Assembly: GCF_000341395.1 (NCBI RefSeq)
Contig: NC_020304.1
Location: 3,030,001-3,062,000, forward strand
Reading direction: 5' to 3'
Length of the DNA stretch: 32,000 nt
Origin: Desulfocapsa sulfexigens DSM 10523
Lineage (GTDB): Bacteria; Desulfobacterota; Desulfobulbia; Desulfobulbales; Desulfocapsaceae
Every line of letters starts with the position of its first letter. The stretch's first letter is position 1. The notes beneath the pieces were generated by a model. That model was not told the origin of the DNA, ran no database searches, and was given only the letters and a program-made list of their open reading frames with translations. Shown here one piece after another: positions 8,161 to 15,841 of the stretch. The position numbers and the translations under genes are program-made.

Positions 8161-9413
8161 TTTATTTCTGCATCGTCATCGACCCAACATTTCATCATAA
8201 ATGAAAGTCGAGTATCCTTTCTCAGAACTTTTAGTTTGTCTAAAACAGAAGGTACTGGTGACTTAGCTAAATCAGAGTTGGTCATGCTTTCATGATTATT
8301 ACGGTTTATCCTACCGCCCTGAATGTACCTAACATGACTTTCAAACTCATCTAAGCAAAATGGTCTAGGTTTATCACGGTCGAATTCCAGAATGTCTGAA
8401 GTATCTTTGCCATCACACAAATCTGGATCGTCGAAATTTTCTAAATGGTTAAGTGCCTCGGTACCAAACTCTCTTGGACAGGGTTTGACAATTCCTGCGG
8501 CAACCATTCTTGCATGGGCGAGTGCTTTTTGAACTACATTGTTTTGACGTGTAGCACTTCTTTCTGTTTTACCGATAACGAGATTGGTGAACTCATCACT
8601 AGACATCAACCAATACGGTAACTTTATTTCTTCCTGACCGTCATCACCTGCTGCAATGTCATATGCACGAAACTGTACAGCTCTCTCTTTAAAGGCTGAA
8701 CCATACTCACCATGAGGATCGACAACCACTATTTGAGGGGACAACTCTTTATCATTATTTTTATGGGAAAGTACGCTATGGATAATAGCAGCTACGGTAC
8801 CTGATTTACCTGACCCTGTAGAACCGAGAACAGCACAATGCATACCAAACATCTTATTGATGTTCGCTCTGCATTTTGTTGATTCAGATGCACTATAAAC
8901 CGCAAAAGGGATTAATGGGTCGACAGCTTCATCTCTTGTTCCCTCTGCCGAACGATAGACAAAAGATATTTCTTCGTTGGTTAGAAGGAATACGCCTTGC
9001 TGGGGTAAAGGGTAGGTTTTAATACCACGTTTAAAAGCCAAAGTTGATTTTGTATTATTCCAGCTGCCTTCAGCCAGCAGTTGGACTTCCATTACACGCT
9101 GATCAGAATCAGCAGTTACAGGCATACCTGCTTCAATTAACTCTTCTGATCGCATTCTGAGCATTGTCACTAAACCAAAAATTATTTTTCGGCCATAGTG
9201 AATTTTAACCATACTACCTATTTGGCCGATAGGGTAAACACGACCATTAAAAGTTCTTGTTAATTCTGATATTTTATCGGAAATCTCAACTTTAATATTG
9301 GTTCCTGATACCTCGACAACTTGGCCTATTTTCAACTCTTCAGATGGTGTAAACATAACTAAACCTCGCATCCATTTTTTAATACTGATGTTACACCGTT
9401 GAATGTCCACCAA
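8157..9413 (-). CDS. HerA-like ATPase/helicase, C-terminally truncated by IS66
   Basis: HerA N-terminal barrel-like region then Walker A GSTGSGKSGTVAAIIHSVL and Walker B QIVVVDPHGEYG. Ends ...WVDDDAEIK* where the final K and stop are made by the IS66 terminus. Likely true start ATG at 9356. Confidence 0.85.
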   Translation of the reverse strand: MVDIQRCNISIKKWMRGLVMFTPSEELKIGQVVEVSGTNIKVEISDKISELTRTFNGRVYPIGQIGSMVKIHYGRKIIFGLVTMLRMRSEELIEAGMPVTADSDQRVMEVQLLAEGSWNNTKSTLAFKRGIKTYPLPQQGVFLLTNEEISFVYRSAEGTRDEAVDPLIPFAVYSASESTKCRANINKMFGMHCAVLGSTGSGKSGTVAAIIHSVLSHKNNDKELSPQIVVVDPHGEYGSAFKERAVQFRAYDIAAGDDGQEEIKLPYWLMSSDEFTNLVIGKTERSATRQNNVVQKALAHARMVAAGIVKPCPREFGTEALNHLENFDDPDLCDGKDTSDILEFDRDKPRPFCLDEFESHVRYIQGGRINRNNHESMTNSDLAKSPVPSVLDKLKVLRKDTRLSFMMKCWVDDDAEIK

Positions 9414-10531
9414 TAATCGTCTTCGTCTTTTCTCTTAAATGGGCCTTCTTTTCCAATATACAGGCCATGTATGGATGCAATAATTACTCTTGAGCCAAAA
9501 CTATCACTACGCCACTTTTCTAAACATGGAGGAATTTCATTCCTACACTCCAAGAAAGCGAGCAATACGGTTTTGTTCTCTTCTTTCGATAAAGCAAATT
9601 CAATTTCGTTGTTGATATGATCATCGCCAAAACTATAGCCGCAGACAGCTAAAATATTACTATTGGAGGAATTTAGAGATTTTCTGAATAAATCAAATTG
9701 CGTAGAGAACGGGTCTTGTTGAGTGGCAACGTATTTTGTAGCTTGTGGGTAAATTAGAACTCGCCGTTCTGCCTTTGGGTAGAGGTCGTTGTCTCTAACT
9801 CGCCATACATACCCTTTATCACAAAGAAACCAATCTATAGAGCCATGCATTTTAATTAAGTTCGCACGTTGTCCATTCGTTGGTGTGGGTTCCCCATACT
9901 TCTGAGTTCGATGGGCTACAGCTCCGCCATCAAACCCATCCCAATAAGATACTTTGCTTAGTGCTAGTGCATCTTCTAAAAGAGTGTCATAATTGGTTGT
10001 GAAAATATTGACAGCTTTTCTTCGCTCATGAACACCAGCGGATGCGTGGTTAAACAGAGCATCAATAAATTCTAAATGTGCTTTGATGTCCACGATTGGT
10101 TTAGACAAAGAGCCTTCTTCAACTGTATTTCCATCCTTGTCCTCAACATAGCCGCACCGGATCACATTTGAGATAGACTCAAGAATTGTATTATGTACTT
10201 CTTCTAGGGTAGCTAACTCAACCTCACCACCACTAATGATTGTCTTCTTCTCTTTGTTTCTTTCAGCTAATGCAGCATAGTCGCCAAGATGACTAAGAAC
10301 ATGCTCTATATGGCATTGTTCAGGCAACTCTTGAAATAGTGGAGTGATAATATCGTCATATAATTTTTTGTGACTAGCTTCTAAATTCTTTTTTACTTTG
10401 TTCGTCAAAGGGTACATTAGCGGCAATTTAGCGTCGAAGCTTATTCCTGCACCCAGTAGCCAACTTTGCTCACTGCACTTCAAGTGCTCTTCTATTTGCA
10501 AGAACAACTCACCGTCAATCAAATCATCCAT
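9359..10531 (-). CDS. SIR2-domain protein (SIR2-HerA defence system effector)
   Basis: WLLGAGISFDAKLPL, FTTNYDTLLEDAL, LIKMHGSIDWF, AVCGYSFGDDHINNEI: SIR2/SIR2_2 signatures. Directly upstream of HerA-like ATPase. Confidence 0.88.
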   Translation of the reverse strand: MDDLIDGELFLQIEEHLKCSEQSWLLGAGISFDAKLPLMYPLTNKVKKNLEASHKKLYDDIITPLFQELPEQCHIEHVLSHLGDYAALAERNKEKKTIISGGEVELATLEEVHNTILESISNVIRCGYVEDKDGNTVEEGSLSKPIVDIKAHLEFIDALFNHASAGVHERRKAVNIFTTNYDTLLEDALALSKVSYWDGFDGGAVAHRTQKYGEPTPTNGQRANLIKMHGSIDWFLCDKGYVWRVRDNDLYPKAERRVLIYPQATKYVATQQDPFSTQFDLFRKSLNSSNSNILAVCGYSFGDDHINNEIEFALSKEENKTVLLAFLECRNEIPPCLEKWRSDSFGSRVIIASIHGLYIGKEGPFKRKDEDDYWWTFNGVTSVLKNGCEV

Positions 10532-10574
10532 TTATTTTCCTTCTTATAGAGTTGTAGCCAAATTAGCAACCAGA

Positions 10575-10670
10575 GCGTTATAACGTTTCGGGTAACCGGA
10601 CCGCGCCACCCTAACTTTCCGCGTCAGCGCCGCCACCGTTCACGCGGTCCGGTTGACCCGCTGGTTAGCC
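10575..10670 (-). other. Integron attC site 1
   Basis: Minus strand: GGCTAAC C AGC GGGTCAACC GGACCGCG ... CGCGGTCC GGTTACCC GAAAC GTTATAAC. Perfect 12-bp inner stem (aaccggaccgcg/cgcggtccggtt), extra unpaired C in L'' relative to L'; R'' overlaps the stop codon of the upstream ORF. Confidence 0.85.
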
Positions 10671-11084
10671 AGTTTTACATTTTTCTTTATCAACTTCTTG
10701 ACCGACTACTATTCGTAATATCCCTGCAAACAGGAATGAACCCAACAAAGTAAATATAAAAAGGGCCACTTGACGAAGATCTGTTGTATGGAGGTAACGT
10801 TCAGCTACAAAACCAACGACTAGGATCATTGTTGAAAAGACGATACTTGATAATAAAGTGTATAGAGTAGTAATTTTAGTTTTGAATAGCGCAACTCCGA
10901 TACCAAACCCGACCATTATTATAATTGCCCCCAATCCTGTAAGACCAAGCGATACAGAAAGGGAAATTGATTTCCCCCACATTTCTTCATATTTGCCCAA
11001 AACAAATATTTGATAACAGGCATAAATTGACATATATGCCACGAAACATAGTGGGAAAACCAAGTATGTAAGAGCTTTTTTCAT
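10665..11084 (-). CDS. Cassette-encoded small membrane protein (about 4 TM)
   Basis: 139 aa hydrophobic ORF filling the space between attC 2 (R' at 11090) and attC 1; its stop codon is inside R'' of attC 1. Confidence 0.7.
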   Translation of the reverse strand: MKKALTYLVFPLCFVAYMSIYACYQIFVLGKYEEMWGKSISLSVSLGLTGLGAIIIMVGFGIGVALFKTKITTLYTLLSSIVFSTMILVVGFVAERYLHTTDLRQVALFIFTLLGSFLFAGILRIVVGQEVDKEKCKTG

Positions 11085-11089
11085 AGGAT

Positions 11090-11213
11090 GGCTAACGTTG
11101 GAGCTCAGGGGCTGGCGGAGATTTGCAGCACTGAACTTTGATTAACTTGGGATTTTGGTAACAAGGCTGAACTTCGGAAAACCGCGCTGCCCGCCAGTCC
11201 CTTGCAGCGGTTT
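11090..11213 (-). other. Integron attC site 2, interrupted by the group II intron (resumes at ~13184-13190)
   Basis: R' = CGTTAGCC (complement 11090-11097), L'-like CTGAGCTCC, stem CCGCCAGCCCC/GGGACTGGCGG and GCTGC/GCAGC. R'' remnant ATTCTAA lies beyond the intron (complement 13183-13189). Confidence 0.75.
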
Positions 11214-13183
11214 GTGTACGCCCGACATGGGCGTGAACTAATGGGGTTAGAGTCCCCTGTAAGTGTTCCATGTAACGTTGTGAAACGTAACATAAATTAC
11301 TAGCCAATGGCAAGGGCGTTACCGTGAGGTAGGGTCTGAAGGAAGCCGGATGGCAAAGATATGGGGTGACGAACAGAAATATCATATAAGGCCGAGTCTC
11401 TGGGGCAGTCAGCACAACATAATTACGCCCGGGAACAGGAGATACGGTAAATGATGCGCTCGCATATCGGAAGTTCACGCTCTTATTCGGGGAGATCTGT
11501 ATTCCATGCAATATGAAATTATTTCCAGTGAAATTACCGGTGGGGTTCCGGTTTCCAAATATCCCGGCATAGACAGGGAATGTCCTGCCCGTCTGTGAGA
11601 TACGAAGAAAGAAGACAGACAGGAAATGATGAAATACGGCACCACTTTGAGCAATCGGAATGGTGAGAATGCAGAAGTCAGCAGAAGCCATAGTAGCCCA
11701 AAGCCGGGGGTAATGCCCCGGACACGGTGAAGGGCTGAACATTAAGGAGAGAAATATGTTGCCAAGACACCTTACGCGTACTGTGAACCTGAACGGGGGA
11801 GTAGTGTATAAGCGTATCGCGGATGAGCAGTTCTCAAACGATCAACTACTGGAACGTATAGTTTCGACAGAGAATGTCGGTAAGGCCTGGAAACAGGTGC
11901 GCAGTAATAAAGGTGCTCCCGGAATCGACGAAATAACAGTCGAGGATTTCCCGTTCACTTTTCGTGAATGCTGGCCTGAAATACGCTCAACCATACTGGA
12001 AGGGAATTACATCCCTTCTCCTGTTCAGAGAGTTGAAATACCCAAACCGGATGGCAGTACTCGTCCTCTTGGGATTCCAACTGTGCTGGATAGAGTTATC
12101 CGGCAGGCCATCGCTCAGGTTATGAGTCCTATTTTCGATCCTCATTTTTCAGAATCGAGTTGTGGGTTCAGACCGGGCAGATCAGCCCATGACGGAGTGA
12201 AGCAGATAAAGCAGTACATCAGACAGGGCTACAAAGTCGCAGTTGATATGGATTTGTCGAAATTCTTCGACACAGTCAACCACGATGTTCTGATGAACCG
12301 GGTATCACGTCGGATAGAAGATAAACGTGTACTCAAGCTTATCGGCAAATACCTTCGGGCTGGCGTAATGGTTAATGGCCGTCGTCTTGCAACTCCGCTT
12401 GGAGTACCGCAGGGCGGTCCTCTTTCGCCACTTCTTGCAAATATTCTTCTTGACGATCTGGATAAGGAACTGGAGAAACGTGGTCACCACTTCGTTCGTT
12501 ATGCCGATGACTTCATCATTTTAGTGAAAAGTCTTTCAGCAGCAGAACGGGTGATGGCCAGTGTCAGCAGATTCCTGAAAAGAGAGCTACGGCTAATCGT
12601 CAACGAGAAGAAAAGCAGTTTTGGTAAAGTGGAGGAATGCAGTTTTCTCGGGTTTGTCTTTGTGCGAGGCAAAATAAGATGGAGCGACAAAGCCTTTTGT
12701 GAGTTCAAAAGACGTATTCGTCTTTTTACCGGAAGAAGCTGGGGCGTCTCCATGGAATACCGCCTACACAAACTTGCAGAGTATGTACGGGGCTGGATAA
12801 ACTATTACGGCATTTCGGAGTATTATCGCCCGATCCCGATAGTAGACGAATGGCTCCGTCGCAGGATACGAATGTGTTTCTGGAAACAATGGAGATATAC
12901 ACGAACCAAAGTGTCCAATCTTCTCAAGCTGGGAACCTTCAAAAGACAGGCAATTATGACAGCATTAAGTCGTAAAGGCCCATGGCATCTCGCCAGAACC
13001 CTGGCTGCACAAACGGGCATGACCAACAAATGGCTGAAAGAACTTGGGTTGATATCTGTCAAAGACCAGTGGGTGAAGATTCACTATCCGGCTCAGGCCC
13101 GATGACCTTAATGAACCGCCCTATGCGGAGCCGCTTGTGGGGTGGTGTGGGGAGGGCGAGGGAAAACCTTGCCTTTACCCGAT
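11214..13183 (+). mobile_element. Group II intron (attC-inserted, IIC-attC-like)
   Basis: 5' end gtgtacgcccgacatgggcgtg; LtrA-type ORF; domain V-like GAACCGCCCTATGCGGAGCCGCTTGTGGGGTGGTG; 3' end CTTTACCCGAT (AY). Insertion follows the attC stem-loop; intron is antiparallel to the cassette genes. Boundaries inferred to within a few nt. Confidence 0.85.
11756..13105 (+). CDS. ltrA: Group II intron reverse transcriptase/maturase (LtrA-like)
   Basis: IPKPDGSTRPLGIPTVLDRVIRQA, ESSCGFRPGRSAHDGV, GVPQGGPLSPLLANILLDDLDKEL, FVRYADDFII, EYVRGWINYYG. No obvious HNH endonuclease domain. Confidence 0.95.
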   Translation: MLPRHLTRTVNLNGGVVYKRIADEQFSNDQLLERIVSTENVGKAWKQVRSNKGAPGIDEITVEDFPFTFRECWPEIRSTILEGNYIPSPVQRVEIPKPDGSTRPLGIPTVLDRVIRQAIAQVMSPIFDPHFSESSCGFRPGRSAHDGVKQIKQYIRQGYKVAVDMDLSKFFDTVNHDVLMNRVSRRIEDKRVLKLIGKYLRAGVMVNGRRLATPLGVPQGGPLSPLLANILLDDLDKELEKRGHHFVRYADDFIILVKSLSAAERVMASVSRFLKRELRLIVNEKKSSFGKVEECSFLGFVFVRGKIRWSDKAFCEFKRRIRLFTGRSWGVSMEYRLHKLAEYVRGWINYYGISEYYRPIPIVDEWLRRRIRMCFWKQWRYTRTKVSNLLKLGTFKRQAIMTALSRKGPWHLARTLAAQTGMTNKWLKELGLISVKDQWVKIHYPAQAR

Positions 13184-13193
13184 TAGAATTTTT

Positions 13194-13376
13194 TTAATCA
13201 TCATCCTCAGGCGGATCATCATCGTCGAGTTCATATGTTGTTGGTTGATAACTTCTTTTTTCAGGTTCTGAATAATCCCAGATTTCTTTTGAAATTTCTT
13301 CATTTTGAGAACCCTGATCATTTTCTTGCTTTTTCTCTAACTGTTTGAGAATTTTGTCAATATCCTTGCCACTCAT
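13194..13376 (-). CDS. Small acidic protein, second ORF of cassette 1
   Basis: 60 aa ending TTYELDDDDPPEDDD; ATGA overlap with the upstream 199-aa ORF. Confidence 0.6.
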   Translation of the reverse strand: MSGKDIDKILKQLEKKQENDQGSQNEEISKEIWDYSEPEKRSYQPTTYELDDDDPPEDDD

Positions 13377-13972
13377 ACTAGCTCCTTTTTTCCGTAAAAT
13401 TTTAAATATGAAATTTCATCTTGAGAGATAAGTACCCCACGGGTACGATTAGATTTCTTCCCAAATTTTCTACCTTTGATAGGTAGCCAAAGTTCTTCCA
13501 GATAAATTTGCCTTTCAGCTGGAAATGAACTTGCCATAGATTTTAGAGCATACTTTCCCCTAATTGTATCACCGCTTTTCAGATGAATTTCTACCCAATA
13601 AGATTCTCTTTTACTGAAGACGTAATCCCAAGGCTGTTTGTATGGACTTAGAATTTTATTCTTGAAAATCTTGAACCTCGACAACCAGACAAATAGAAAA
13701 GGCCATAAGGCAGGCGCAACCACAAAAGTAAAAACAACAGACAGCCAATAATAAAAAGGGTGTTTATCAACAAACCCATCTTTACTAATTATGATTAATA
13801 GCCAGAAAAAAAATACGAAATTCAAAACGCTGTAGCACACAGCCTCTACAATTGACTTTGAATAATCCCTATTCTCAATAGCTATTATCCAGCTATAGGT
13901 TTTTAGTGAGATAAATCCAGGCAGTACTAGTGCTAAAAACAATAGTGCCTTATCTAATTCCCATATATTCAT
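13373..13972 (-). CDS. Membrane protein, DUF6338-like, first ORF of cassette 1
   Basis: 199 aa: N-terminal FLALVLPGFISLKTYSWI, 3-4 TM, C-terminal soluble domain VEIHLKSGDTIRGKYALKSMASSFPAERQIYLEELW. Family name from memory. Confidence 0.65.
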   Translation of the reverse strand: MNIWELDKALLFLALVLPGFISLKTYSWIIAIENRDYSKSIVEAVCYSVLNFVFFFWLLIIISKDGFVDKHPFYYWLSVVFTFVVAPALWPFLFVWLSRFKIFKNKILSPYKQPWDYVFSKRESYWVEIHLKSGDTIRGKYALKSMASSFPAERQIYLEELWLPIKGRKFGKKSNRTRGVLISQDEISYLKFYGKKELV

Positions 13973-13980
13973 TTGATTCT

Positions 13981-14118
13981 AACAGTGTTAATACATGGAC
14001 AATGTCCATCATATTGCCTTGTATCTAGCCACTTTTTCCACTTATTTTGGTATTAATAGCTTTAAATGGAAAAAACTGTCCACTTATTACTTTTTTCTAC
14101 ATTTTGTCCATGTGATGC
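13981..14118. repeat. Copy 2 of the 138-bp direct repeat; candidate attI/leader
   Basis: Lies between cassette 1 and the intI remnant. Minus strand ends ...TATTAACACTG|TTAGAAT, and TTAGAAT is complementary to the R'' remnant ATTCTAA at the far end of cassette 1. Confidence 0.8.
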
Positions 14119-14124
14119 CATATT

Positions 14125-14762
14125 ATGATGGGTATCATGGAAAAGAAGGTGTTAGCACAAATGAAGGGCACCCATCTACTAATGGCCAAATTGATTTACG
14201 GAACAGGTATACGTCTAATGGAGTGTATTCGTCTACGTATACAAGATATTGATTTTGGCCAGAGGCAGCTGTTTATTCGCTCCGGAAAAGGTGGAAAAGA
14301 TAGAACGACATTCTTGCCTCGTTTTGTTCACGACGAACTTCATGAGCATGTCGAACGTGTAAAAAACCTGACATCGCCTGAACTGATGAGAAATACAGGC
14401 TAGCCAGAACATATCGAAAAGCAGCCTGGGAAACATCGTGGCAATACGTATTCCCAAGTAAGTCACGATCTATAGATCCAAGGAGCAAAAAAGAACGTAG
14501 ACATCACTTACTTGAGTCAGGCCTGCAAAAAAGCTGGTAAATCGGCTGTGAGAAAGTCAGGGATCGACAAGCGGGCAACCGTCCATACTCTTCGCCATTC
14601 CTTCGCTACACATATGCTGAAAATGAAACCAATATTCGTGTGCTTCAAGATCTTCTTGGACATGCTGATGTGAAAACAACAGAAATATATACCCATGTTA
14701 TGCGAAAGGATATTGATGGGTTGCAAAATCCGCTGGATCGTCTGTACAGCAAAGCCAAATAG
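14125..14762 (+). pseudogene. intI: Integron integrase (IntI) remnant, N-terminally truncated and frameshifted
   Basis: KGTHLLMAKLIYGTGIRLMECIRLRIQDIDFGQRQLFIRSGKGGKDRTTFLP...; then in other frames [20 protein letters not shown]...[15 protein letters not shown] / [43 protein letters not shown]. Frame breaks near 14400 and 14617. Confidence 0.93.
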
Positions 14763-15047
14763 AAGGAAATTTCCGCTCTTTTCCCTTCAAAATAAATTGC
14801 CGTCCATTAAAACAGAAGAGTTGTATTTGTTCAATGAGTAATTGTGCTATTTCACTGAAAAATCTAATAATTTTATGTGAAGATGTGCGGTGAGTAGGGG
14901 AACTATCGTGCAATATGGGCAGCTTTAGATGTTTCCTGAGTCCTCACCAGAAAAAAGCTGAAAAGGAAATTTGACGAGTGGTTGAAAAAAATAAAAATAG
15001 CTCAGGAATAAAAAACACGGGTGGGGGTAGGGTGGGGGATAAACAAA

Positions 15048-15082
15048 AACAGCTACTAAGGAAAGTTTCCTTAGTAGCTGTT
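15048..15082 (-). terminator. Rho-independent terminator downstream of tRNA-Glu
   Basis: aacagctactaaggaaa / g / tttccttagtagctgtt, 17-bp perfect arms followed by TTTG on the minus strand. Confidence 0.8.
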
Positions 15083-15088
15083 GTCGTT

Positions 15089-15163
15089 TGGTGACCCCAA
15101 GGGGAATCGAACCCCTGCTTCCGGCGTGAGAGGCCAGCGTCCTAACCGCTAGACGATGGGGCC
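15089..15163 (-). tRNA. tRNA-Glu (CTC)
   Basis: Minus strand GGCCCCATCGTCTAGCGGTTAGGACGCTGGCCTCTCACGCCGGAAGCAGGGGTTCGATTCCCCTTGGGGTCACCA folds as a cloverleaf, anticodon loop CTCTCAC. Confidence 0.95.
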
Positions 15164-15259
15164 ATTATTTCGAGTCTTTTCTACCTGACTGCTGAGAGCT
15201 TGTCAAGGATTTGTTCCTGCTTTGTTGGAACTAATTGGTTGTAATTTGAACAGCTGGAG

Positions 15260-15841
15260 TCATTCTACGTTTAGGGCGATATTTGTTCCAAATGTTTTGC
15301 ATGCGGTCAATTCGTCCGGGTTGTTTTTCAAGGCGTCCCTTCCTTCCATATTTTTAAGCAGGAGAGATGGACCATATTGTATATCCAGGGTGTCACACAG
15401 GCATTTGGTGGTAAGAACAGATCCTTCAAAAAGTTTTTCACCAGCGGTTGCAGCGCAGGAAAGGAGGTGACCGGTACGCTGCTCTTCTGAACGATAATTG
15501 ACCCCAAGGAGATATTTGCGGGACCACCTTGCCTGGCAGCGATCAATATACAACTTTATTTGGGCACTCATTGCATAAAAATAGACAGGGCTGACAAAAA
15601 AAAGACGGTCTGCCAAGTCGCTTTTGTCGTACAACTCCGTCATGTCATCTTGTATGATGCAGTTTCCTGTCTTTGAGCATCCTCCGCAGGCCTGACAGGG
15701 GCTGATTTTGAGTTTGCTTAAATGGACAAATTCAACGCTGTTGTTTTTTGCTTGGAGCAACCCTTCGGCAACAGCTCTGGCCAGTGTTTCCGTATTGCCG
15801 TTTTTTCGTGGACTTCCGAGAATGAAAAGATTGTGTGTCAC
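15260..15841 (-). CDS. Flavodoxin-like NAD(P)H-dependent FMN oxidoreductase
   Basis: LFILGSPRKNGNTETLARAVAEGL, PCQACGGCSKTGNCIIQDDM, FVSPVYFYAMSAQIKLYIDR. Confidence 0.85.
   Translation of the reverse strand: MTHNLFILGSPRKNGNTETLARAVAEGLLQAKNNSVEFVHLSKLKISPCQACGGCSKTGNCIIQDDMTELYDKSDLADRLFFVSPVYFYAMSAQIKLYIDRCQARWSRKYLLGVNYRSEEQRTGHLLSCAATAGEKLFEGSVLTTKCLCDTLDIQYGPSLLLKNMEGRDALKNNPDELTACKTFGTNIALNVE

Noticed and set aside
11092-11742. 216-aa minus-strand ORF
   Set aside because: Lies antisense to the structured 5' region of the group II intron (domains I-IV) and overlaps attC 2.
15048-15163. tRNA-Glu as the integration site of the island
   Set aside because: Although the tRNA 3' end faces the island, a normal terminator follows it directly. 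I see no duplicated tRNA 3' fragment at the left edge and no site-specific integrase other than the intI relic.
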